This document shows, piece after piece, positions 53,738 to 64,000 of a DNA stretch of 64,000 nt. Under the pieces are notes generated by a model that had not been told where the DNA came from, did not search any database, and saw only the letters and a program-made list of their open reading frames with translations. The number at the start of each line of letters is the position of its first letter. Position 1 is the first letter of the stretch. The stretch is from Octopus sinensis (lineage: Eukaryota). The DNA lies in NCBI RefSeq assembly GCF_006345805.1, contig NC_042998.1, forward strand, positions 89,652,001 to 89,716,000, given 5' to 3'. The position numbers and the translations under genes are program-made.

Positions 53738-54370
53738 CTTCTCTCTATATATATAAACGGCAGTTTGTCTGTCTGTGTGTCTGTCAGGTTGTACCCTCAC
53801 CCTGACCACGGCTTTCAACCGATTCGGATGAAACTTGACACACACATAGCCCAATGTCATAATTCAAAACTAACGCAGCGAAAATTTTGAAAAGTTCCCC
53901 CAGTTCTGAAAAAAAGTGATAAATTCGACATGGGGTCGAGAATCTAAGCTTTTTATATGCAACACATTTTCTGTTGTAGTTTTCGCAACTTGCAATCGAT
54001 TTTCACCAAACTCATGGTGAAGCTTAATGTTACCCTAAGAAACTTAATTCTGACGTTAGTTTTCCATGCAATACCTTACCATCAGAAAAAATCGATAAAA
54101 TCATGCTATTTGGGGAAATCGCGTTCAAATTCAAGATGACATATTTTCGACAATATCTTTCACAAATTGGCAAGAATTTTTTTGAAAATTCACAGCGAGC
54201 ATCATGTCTGCTCCAAGGAGCTATATGGCCCTTTTTATTCCAATAGGATACATTATTACTGGAAAAAATCGGTTAATTAAATCATATGTGGCACACATAG
54301 CAAACCGATTTGTGTATTAAACACAAAACCACAGACTGTCTAGGGGACGCAACTCGACCTTTTTAACTCT
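53738..54370 (+). mobile_element. Helitron-like non-autonomous element (5' portion)
   Basis: Starts TCTATATATATAAA followed by GTCTGTCTGTGTGTCTGTC and CCGATTCGGATGAAACTT / CGATTTTCACCAAACT, a pattern typical of short animal Helitron/DINE-like elements. No hairpin+CTAG 3' end was located. Confidence 0.45.
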
Positions 54371-55154
54371 CGGAACACGTGGGGTAAGTATCCCAAAATG
54401 TATAAAAATGTACAAAACGGCAAAAAAGCTAGCAGCAATGTGAGTGACAACAACGAAAAAGTCAAAAGTGACCAAACTGAACAAACGAATGGAAAAGGTT
54501 TTTTGGTGCACTCGACAAAAGCGGTTTATAATAAACCAAGAGTTTGCAAGTAGCGTCCGAGGACCCTTAGGGTACGTCAAAAATTTAAGGTAAAACGTTT
54601 GGGGTGGTAGTTATAAAGAAAGTTTAAACAAAAAAAGTATTCGAATAACTTGCGGCTGCAGCAGCTATTAGCAGAAGTGGCGGTGTTGGGGGTAAAGTCT
54701 CGAATGTAATTTCTTCCTGGTAGGAATTGGTTGGGTTGAATTATCGATAGCTGTTTGATAATTATTTGGACGTCTACACACTACGTTTTAAGCATGGATG
54801 TTGTCTATCAACTGATGAATAATAGTTTTACACTCTTCGTCTTTAATCTGTTAAACTCTGTCATACGATGTAATATTATTGTTAGCTGACCAAAATTTGA
54901 CCCTTATAAATGCTAAAAATAATGCTAAACATCGAAAGTCTGACTTAGTCATTTTGCTGATGAGTTAGATCCTTATGAAGCGTAATGAGACACTGATATG
55001 AACTAGTTACAGTAATTGCTGTACTAATATTTTCATTACTCGACTGTACATACTTTTAAGTGTGGAGAACACTTCAGATGATTTTGTATAAATTGCCTAT
55101 ACATACGTATACATACACACATTTATGCAGGCACACACAAGAATATGATTGAAT

Positions 55155-55228
<74 letters not shown>

Positions 55229-55335
55229 GACAGACAGACAGACAGACAGGCAGGCAGGTAGACAGACAGACAGGCAGGCAGGTAGACAGACAGGCAGGCA
55301 GGCAGGTAGGTAGGTAGGTAGGTAGGCAAACAGAC
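55155..55335. repeat. (GATA)n(GACA)n(GGCA)n(GGTA)n array
   Basis: Directly visible. Confidence 0.97.
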
Positions 55336-55829
55336 AGATTGATAATTCAACTCTCACCAAAATCGAATTTTGTATAGTTGGCAAACGTTTTCGATTCGGA
55401 AAAATACGATTTCTCTACGATTATGGGGCAACAATATCTCAACAATAGAATGGCTTTGCATTCTTAGCAAACAACATTGCAAGTTCACGTAACGTGATAA
55501 TATAGCATTCCCTCTATATATAATTAAACTACTTGTCCTCAAAATCTCATCTTTCTCAGACAACATTGTGCAGTTAGTGAAACTGATATTAAAATAATTA
55601 TGAATGCAAGGAAATCCCTTTTGATTTTCGAAAACTCTCAGGTTTCTTATCTGAATTATGAGAATTTATAATTTGAATTTTTTTCATAAATGACTTGTCA
55701 CCGAGCGATGTGGTTTATACAGAGACGATGGCCTTGAAGTCTTCTGTGATATGAAAGGCCACAACCGAGATAGTTTTAAAAACAATTTTTATTGGGTTGT
55801 TTAGAAAAATAGATTTAGGAATGACAGTA

Positions 55830-55862
55830 CACAGACAGACAGACAGACAGATAGATAGATAA

Positions 55863-55960
<98 letters not shown>
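55830..55960. repeat. (GACA)n(GATA)n array
   Basis: Directly visible. Confidence 0.98.
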
Positions 55961-55961
<1 letters not shown>

Positions 55962-56608
55962 TGAATAGGAAATGGCAAAAAATCATTAACAGTACAACTT
56001 AGACTCGCAGTCAGACTACTAGATTTAATTGTTCGCTACTTTGGCTTTCGAGTTCGACTTTACCAAATTATTAGTCAAACTGAGAATGATGCTTATTGAA
56101 GTTGAGCCTACTTATAAGCTATATGTACAATAATCTGATAATATTAATGGTCATCACATAAGGATCTCCAGCTGAATGGCAAGCTTACGCATTATTATGA
56201 GTGGTAGTTTCTTAGTTCTCCTGTTATTTCTTGCTGATATATGTAGTTACCCACCCTCACTTTGAGAAATTTAGTTGAAACAAGACTTCTAAATTATTAA
56301 CATCAGTATGTTCCCGTTAACACAGACAGCAGCCATATAAATTTATTCCTAATTAGATATGAAACCTCAGTGTGCTTAATGAGAAAGCCACTTTCATGGT
56401 CTGCGTCATTTAATATACGCATGTAATTCGTTTCATTTTGGTAGAGTCTCTGTTACAACAACATCGTCATATTTCGTTTGAATGTGAAGAAATAATAATA
56501 TACACATCTGTAATTTTTCCTGCGAGGCCTAGCCGTACTTGAGTGATGTCCTGGAGGGAATAAATAGATGTTATTGTCAGCAATATGCCACAGTCAAATA
56601 TTAAACCC

Positions 56609-56649
<41 letters not shown>

Positions 56650-56651
<2 letters not shown>

Positions 56652-57545
56652 GAAATTCTATATAGAAAATATAACCGATTTAAACAATGTGTGAATTCTT
56701 GGGGTTAAAAGCCAAAGGTAAACAAAGGACAAAGTCTCATGGTGGGAACGAATACTTGAGAACCAAATTAAACAAAGAGATCTTAGACGGATACATGCAA
56801 TCATAGAAAAGGAAAGGGTTGGGAAAAGATAGATGAACGAACTACTAAACATATACTACATAAAACATGAAGGACTTGCGGAAAATTAGCGAAGGATTAA
56901 AACAAAAAAATCAAAGCCATACCACGCAAAATAAAAAGGATATCTATAGAAAACAAATCAACAACAGTAGAATAGACTCTTCAAGAACCAAAAGAAAATT
57001 CTATAAACAAATTAATAGTGAAGAGGAGCATGGGATTTATATGTCAGATGCTGAAGCCACGAGAAAATTCTGGACGGAAATCTGAAACAGAAAGTCCAAC
57101 ATAGTATGCTGTTTGCGAGAATTTAAAAGAAAAACAGAAAAGTGAAAGAAGAAAACATGACAGTCACTGATAAGAAGATGAAAGAGATTATCATAAAAAC
57201 TAGAAAGTCCTAGGACCAGATCGCTTTCAGGGATTCTGGTGCGAAAAACTCCCAATTAACTCAGTCATATATGACAGCTTAGAAAATAAGATGTTAACTT
57301 GGGTGACAAAAAGAACAGTACTGATACAGATGAATAAAGGGGGAGAAGTCAGCAATCGTCGATCTATTAAATGTTTACCATTTTGAAAAAGCAGTGTGAG
57401 TGTGGAAAGTAGAACTGACATGTGCAAATGAAACGCTAGGGAACTTGAAAATATGCAGGAACATTTTCCATAGAAGCTCGCTCACTCAGCTTGTCTTTGA
57501 CACTGCGTTAATCCTTCTTATAAGTAACCGCTGCAAATTCAATGT
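56650..57545 (+). mobile_element. Degraded R4/Dong-like fragment (region upstream of and within N-terminal RT)
   Basis: Follows (AAT)n at 56608-56650; KRKFYKQIN...ATRKFWTEI, a KSPG-PD-like remnant (AAGTCCTAGGACCAGAT) and a GIF-GDSL-like remnant (GGAACATTTTCCATAGAAGCTCGCTC). Confidence 0.68.
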
Positions 57546-58170
57546 TTCTCCAACTACAAGGGGATTAAATTGGACAAAGGAAACAGACAATTATATCGAA
57601 ACCTTTCCCCAGCACTTGACTAGTACTTATTTTATCCTGCGAAGGATAAAAGGCAAATTCTATCTTGAGATATTTGAATTCAGAAGATATAGGGCCATAA
57701 ATAAAATACTACAAGCCAAGTTTTTTTTCAACGTTTTAATAGTTTTTACCAATAAATAATTGTTTCTACTTTAGGCACAACGTTTGCAATTCTGAGTACT
57801 TAGCTGGTACTTTACTTTATCGACCCCAAAAGGATTGAAAGCGAAGCTGGTTTCATCGAAATTTGAACTTCGAACGTAAAGAGCTGAAAGAAATATCCTA
57901 AGCATTTTGTTCGACGCTCTAACGATTCTGCCAGCTCGCCGTATAAATAATAACACCTTTTAATAAGGGCACAAGGCCTACAATTTTGCGGGGATAGGCT
58001 AGTCGATTACATTGATCCTAATGCTCAACTGGAACCCTATTTTATCGATTCCGAAAGGATGTAAAGCAAAGTCGACCTCAGCAGCATTTGAACTCAGAAC
58101 GTATAGACGAACGAATTGCCGCTAAGCATTTTATCCGACGTACTAACGATTCTGTTAGCTCGTCACCTTA
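57545..58170 (-). mobile_element. Cluster of three minus-strand SINE family B copies (~57545-57690, 57795-57942, 57960-58170)
   Basis: Repeated TACTTATTTTATC...GAAAGGAT...TTTGAACT...AACGATTCTG...GCTCG blocks. Confidence 0.8.
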
Positions 58171-61100
58171 GCAACAAACATGTTAATAGCAGGGAAAATA
58201 ATAATTTTATGAGGGCAATTCTATAGAATTCATTCATGCATACATGATATGAAACGTTAAGATTAGGGGTTTAAAAATGCGTTAAGTAGGACAAACAAAC
58301 CCCATAAAAACAAATGGGTTGGGCTAGGGACTTTATGAAAAGAAGTCACTTCAAAAATTTCGTGTAAAAGGGACATACAATGGATAATCACCAAGGAAAT
58401 AGAACACACAGTATATAGAACAAGATATTTAAAAATATTTAACAAGTTCATACAGAAAGACATTTATAGTTGTCCACCCACACGATGGGTGATAATCAGC
58501 TAATTATGTGAAGTTAGAGCACCCCACCTGACATCCCACCTTCCACTACTCGTATTGAAGCTTGTTACTCCCAGTAGTGCCCGTCAATATCTTTTGCGTG
58601 GTATGAGTCAACGAACATCTTATGTTCTCTGGACACCCCAGCTTTAGCTAGTGATAATTTTGTTCTGGTATTTTTCACTAAAAATATCTTGTATTCCGAC
58701 GTTCACATTTAGATTATATCCGCCGCATCACATTTGTTCTGTGCTGTTTTGAGGCATTAGCTTATTTTTCGAAAGACTATAAATCTCATATCTTTTTCAT
58801 TACTGTCATTATACTGTGGAACGGACTCCTCACTCTTTCTGATCGCCTTGTACTGGGGTGTGCCTTTCTTTCTCAGAAGGGGATTCTTCTCTATTTTTTT
58901 GCTCTCCACGCCCTCGTTGACGCGTTGGAAATCTTATATCTTTTTCTGTTGCTATTACGTCTCCCATGTCACAAAACGATGAAATGGCCTGGCTGCTTAT
59001 GGCAGTCGGAGTGCATGATGGATGACCGAGTAAGAGTTGACTTCCTTTATCATATCCTTCATCATCAACTGCAGCTTTGTTGTTCCTGTTGTTACTTTAG
59101 ACAATTTTCCGGCAAAATTGATTTCGTTGCGATTTGAACTCAGGGCGTAAAGATTTGCATGTCTAGATGTATCAATATGTATGTTGATGTGTTCATTTTA
59201 AAACACCATTTTAGAAGGTTCGCTAAAGAATCCTTACGTGATAGACGTGAAATCTATCATTAACCTTATTTTGCACAACACAATTACTGTCAACTAGCTA
59301 TTGCCTTTTAAACCGAAGAAATGTTTTATATATTTAATTTCGCCATTATCTCTACTATTTAGATCATTTTTATTTGAAATAACAATTATAGCAATATTAA
59401 TATCTTGAAAAAGAATAGGCCAGGATTTTTATTGAGGCCTGTATGTTTGGAATTTACTATAGTAAACATCCTATACTCATTTTATAGATCAAAGAAAATA
59501 TGAAAGCTTGAAGCTGATAACGAAAGTATCTGAATAGAGAAAGTACAAGAAAGAAAATAATAGTATAACCATCTTTAATGTATTGGTAGTAATACCAATG
59601 TTAGCATACAAAACCATACACGTTACAGTGTTATGTTATATTGACACCTTGCCGTCTGAATTGAATATGAGCATAAAACGAACTGTGTCGTGAACCCGGC
59701 TATCCGGAAGCTTTCTTATGATTTAAAGCGCTTGCCAATGTCTTTGACACGTAGAAAATCTCATAATTTTATTGAGGAGTGAAATGAAATTGTGTGATCT
59801 CTCATAAGCTTTTTACTGAACAGTTAACAATAGAAGTAAATTAATTGGTTCCGCCTGAAAATCGAAAAAGATTCGCAGATTCATTTTACTAAAAGTTTAT
59901 ATGGTGCTCGTCGAATGATGATTTCTGAGTTAAGCACAAAGCCTGCAATTTTGAGATGTGGGAGTTTAGTTCACACCATCGTCATCAGAACATGGCCTAG
60001 TGCGTAATTTTATCAACCACAGAGTGATGAATGGTGGAAGTTGACCTTAATGAGGTTCGAAATCAGTATGTAAAGAACCGAAAGGAATACCTCAAAGAAT
60101 TTCTTCCGACGTTCCAATTATTCTGCCAATGCACAGTTCTAGAGCTCACCGAAACAATAATATTAATATTGTGTTATGAGAATTTAGCATTTTCCTTCAA
60201 GGATAGATATTTCAAGTATAAATTATTATTATCATTTGATTCTGCAACCAATTACGAATTGGTTCAAATAGAAGTTATTTCCTTTTGCCTGATATTTCCC
60301 ACATGTTACATATCCTTGATTTCAATTTGAGGGTCTACTTGTAGTAGCAAAGAAAAGAAAATTACACTTTTGACCTCATCAATTTAAAAGAAAAGTAAAC
60401 GTAATGTGTCCCCGAAGCTGCCGAATCCTTTGATAAACGAAAACATATTGTCTACAACAAAACTATTGCAGGTTTCCAAAAACGAAGAATTTTACTGTTG
60501 TATTGTCTTTCCGACAATACTTAGAGGTTGATGCTTTGTTGACTATAACTTACGGGAAATATTTAATAACTATATAAGGAAGTATTAAAGTAGAATAACG
60601 TCTCACCTCCCAAATTCAACCCTTATCCTTTTCGCCAAATCTCCACACGTACCCACACAACTAGATATCTACCTACCGTTCCTCTTGTCATCTCACCCTT
60701 CCCCCTTGCTCATGCAGTCTGTGCTTCCTCAATTCAACAAATATGATAGTCATATACTTGCTTTGAAAAAAAATTTCTAATAGCGATATGATTGCATAGC
60801 AATAAATGTCAAGAGCTTATCTACAAATCATTTGTACAAATATTCAACCTTAATAAATACCATCGTACAAAAGTCACAAATACACACAGGATACATAAAT
60901 ACACTCAAATATGCTGTTGTGTGTGTATATGCGTTTATGATTATGCATATGAATGTGTAATCGTGTATAAGTTCTATAAATTTTATACTCACACACCTAC
61001 ATGTATGTGTGAAAGTATTTATGTATTTATGCATGTGTGTATACATATACGCGCTCCCATACGCACATATTTGTGTTTCATTGTCAAGAATTTGACTTAT

Positions 61101-61829
61101 ACAACTTTAACAAGTGATAGTTATTTAAATTCCAGCCCGTAAGCCGTGACAATAACTCAATTGTATTTGCTCTTGGCGGATTTCGTTAACAGAAAGTGAA
61201 TGATGTGTGACTGTGTATGAACACTTCTTTAATTATGTTTCTCGCTTACGCTTAGAAACAGTCTATATTTACAATCCAAGTACAGTTTCTTTTAAACGCA
61301 TCCTCATGTTTCTTTTTCTTAAACATATGTTTCGTTCATAAAAAAGAAAAAGATAATATATTCTATACACATCAAGCTGATATAAGTAATAAGTTAATGT
61401 AATGTTTAATTAATATATATTTCTTAATTTCCTGTTATGGTTAAATCCTATTTAAATATTACATATTTCAAACTGGCAGAGATATGAATTATAAATTTCC
61501 CGATTATTATTATTATCGTTGTTATCATCATTATAATCATTTTTACCACATTCTTTTTTATTGGATTATTGGATTTATTGGGTATGCCCTGCTCTCCTCT
61601 AGAAATTCATGACCTGTCAATGTTACAAAACAAGAACATTTATTATTATTATTATTGTTATCTTTTTTCTTCTTCTTTCAAATTTGCTTCCATTTCTTGC
61701 CGAGTGTCTTCCCGATTCATAGGGCAAAGAAACTCATAGTATACATTGGTAGGCCATTAAACTAAACTCACGAGTTCGTTCATTTTTTTTTTAATAGAAA
61801 TAAAGTTATTATTATTATTAACAATAATA

Positions 61830-61865
61830 ATTTTCAGGCCTTGTGCATATAGTAGAAAGGAATAC
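61830..61865 (+). mobile_element. 3' end of a SINE family B copy with (ATT)n tail
   Basis: TTTTCAGGCCTTGTGCATATAGTAGAAAGG matches family B tails at 38065-38092 and 49955-49982. Confidence 0.7.
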
Positions 61866-61908
<43 letters not shown>

Positions 61909-61918
61909 AATAATAATA

Positions 61919-61958
<40 letters not shown>
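61866..61958. repeat. Inverted (ATT)n(AAT)n array
   Basis: About 40 nt of ATT followed directly by about 52 nt of AAT. Confidence 0.97.
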
Positions 61959-63419
61959 TCAGTAAGGATATCGGAATGGAATTTGAGACTACAAAATGTG
62001 GTATGTTTATAATATAAAACGGCAAAGTAGTGTCGCAACGGCGAGAAAATCAAGGATATTGAGACAAATTGATATTAGTTTCGGGTATTTTGGAATATGA
62101 CAAAATCAAGGAAAGTAGAATAAAGTAAAGCTTTAGGCGAGACTATCACAAAGGAATCAAATTAATTAAGGGAAATAGACTCAATGGAAAAAAAGGAAGA
62201 TCAGGGCAATGAACACATGGGCTGTTTCCTTAATGCGATATGGTGCGGGTGTTGTTAGGTGGACACAAGAAAACCAGGAAAGTGATGACAATTAACAAGG
62301 AACAACACACCAGAAATGATACTGACAGGCTGTATGTGCTTATGAACAGGGGAGGAAGAGGCCTCATAAGATGCAAGATCTATGTTGTCAACGAGAACAT
62401 TCTGGGATGGACATCAAATAGCAGAGTGGCTCTTTTCTGGCTGCTGCTAGAATTAACAATACAATACCTACTGAAAATGCGATGCACCCACAAATATTTA
62501 AGAAACAAGATGAAGATGAGAATAACCAATTGGAAAATGAAATCACTGCATGGGCAATACCTCAGAGAAATCGAAGAAAAAGACAAGACCAACACTTGGC
62601 GAGGGCTAAGAAAAAGTGATCTGAAAGGATGCAGTGAGGCATTGATATGCAGCGCTCAGGAACAAGCTCTGATAACTAATTGTATCAAGTTCCAAATAGA
62701 TAAGAGCAGCGAATCACCCCTATGGCAGCAAAAACGGAACAATCTCACATATTGTGAGTGAGTGTAGCAAGCTGGCCCAAAAGCATTACAAAAAGAGGCA
62801 CGATAATGTGGATAAGTTTCTCCACTGGAGGCTCTGTGAAAAGTACGGCCTGTACAGAACATGGAAAAGGTACGAACATGAACCAGAAGGAGTCACCGAA
62901 AACAAGGAATATAAGCTACTGTGGGATTTTACTATCCAATGTGACTCCTTAATCGATGCTAGGAGACCAGATATTGTTGTGGTATATAAAGAAATAAAGG
63001 AAACCAAAATTATAGATATTGCAATGCCTGGGGATGCACGCATAAATAACAAAGAACTAGAAAAATGCAGACTACTAAAAGACGAAATTGCAAGAATGTG
63101 GACGACGAGGAGAGTGTCTGTTATCCCGGTAGCTGTAGGGGCACTCGGAGCACTAACAACCAAATAAGAGAAATATGTCAAAGAAATCGGAATTGACATG
63201 AGAACAGAGCAAGCGCAAAAAACAGCTCTGCTGGGGACAGTTAGGATTTTGAGATTGGTACTTGGATGTTGAATGTCTTCCGCGATAATTAACAACCAAG
63301 TATCAAAACTTATAATGTGCGGAAAGAAACCCTGTGAAACCTCTGACAACAGGCTGCTATCCGCTCTCACAGAATCAACCACAATAAACAAGACCTAGTA
63401 CTCTGAGAAGTAAAGCAAC
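61959..63419 (+). mobile_element. 5'-truncated R4/Dong-like retrotransposon with RLE endonuclease domain, degraded
   Basis: SKDIGMEF, RLYVLMNRGGRGLI, SLHGQYLRE, ICSAQEQALITNCIKFQID, SHIVSECSKLAQKHYKKRHDNV, LLWDFTIQCD, RRPDIVVV, IIDIAMPGD, VIPVAVGALG. (AAT)n on both sides. Confidence 0.92.
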
Positions 63420-63431
63420 AATAATAATAAT

Positions 63432-63643
63432 GGTTCCAAATTTTGGCACAAGGCCAGCAATTTCAGGGAGGGGCTAAGTCGACTAAATCAGCCCCAGTAT
63501 TCAACTGGTCCTTAATTTATCGACCCCGAAAGGATGGAAGGTAAAGTCGACCTTGGCGGTATTCGAACTCAGAACATAAAGGTGGACGAAATGCCGCTAA
63601 GCATTTTTCCCGGTGCGCTTACAATTCTGGCAGCTCGCCACCT
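63432..63643 (-). mobile_element. SINE family B, near full length monomer
   Basis: TTTTGGCACAAGGCCAGCAATTTC ... ATCGACCCCGAAAGGATGGAAGGTAAAGTCGACC ... GGCAGCTCGCCACCT. Confidence 0.9.
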
Positions 63644-64000
63644 GAATGGTGATGATGATGATGATAATAATAATGATAATAATAATAATAATGATTTCTT
63701 TAATGGTCACAAGAGCCTAGCCATATAATACAAAGTCTGTCACACAGAACGGTTAAATAAACATGTGGAAGATATAATGAATTGGGGAGGGGCAAAAATG
63801 TAATACAACATTAAAAACATATTGACAGTTTTTAACAAACAAAGGAAATCCATCCTGAAAAGGATAAGAAATTGCCATTTAAGGAAGGTCAGGGCAGCCT
63901 ACGACTTCTGTTACTTTCAATCCTTGTCTTCTCTCGGCTGCAAATAGGATTCAAGTAATCGCCATTTTCATCCTTTAATCTTCAAATTCAAACGTCTTTT

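Noticed and set aside
58560-59030. Possible further LINE remnant
   Set aside because: No diagnostic motif could be read in any frame.
63730-64000. Possible L1/Tx1-like 3' end on the minus strand
   Set aside because: Truncated by the window edge, with no diagnostic motif.

Overview
AT-rich, repeat-saturated animal genomic DNA. It is most likely an octopus, inferred from tRNA-derived SINE families resembling described octopus OK/OR-type SINEs and from extreme microsatellite density. No intact long protein-coding ORF and no confidently nameable host gene is present; most ORFs in the track are microsatellite artefacts. The window holds at least three SINE families (working labels A, B, C; about 20 copies), a 5'-truncated CR1-clade LINE, a full-length but frameshifted mariner with TIRs and TA duplication, a TA-flanked MITE, degraded hAT and Tc1 transposases, and a Helitron-like non-autonomous element. 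It also holds at least six fragments of R4/Dong-like restriction-like-endonuclease retrotransposons, most of them abutting (TAA)n arrays. Highlights: (1) two minimal type I hammerhead-ribozyme motifs in Penelope-like remnants beside (TA)n; (2) a ~555 bp non-coding (TAA)n-embedded element in a tandem array with an unequal-crossover signature; (3) a Dong-like insertion that appears to have split the (ATT)n tail of a SINE; (4) a CR1 3' end shared with SINE family A, a candidate LINE/SINE partnership; (5) phase-compatible candidate exons of unidentified host gene(s), all unverified. Coordinates of degraded elements are approximate, and all family assignments come from motif recognition without database searches.
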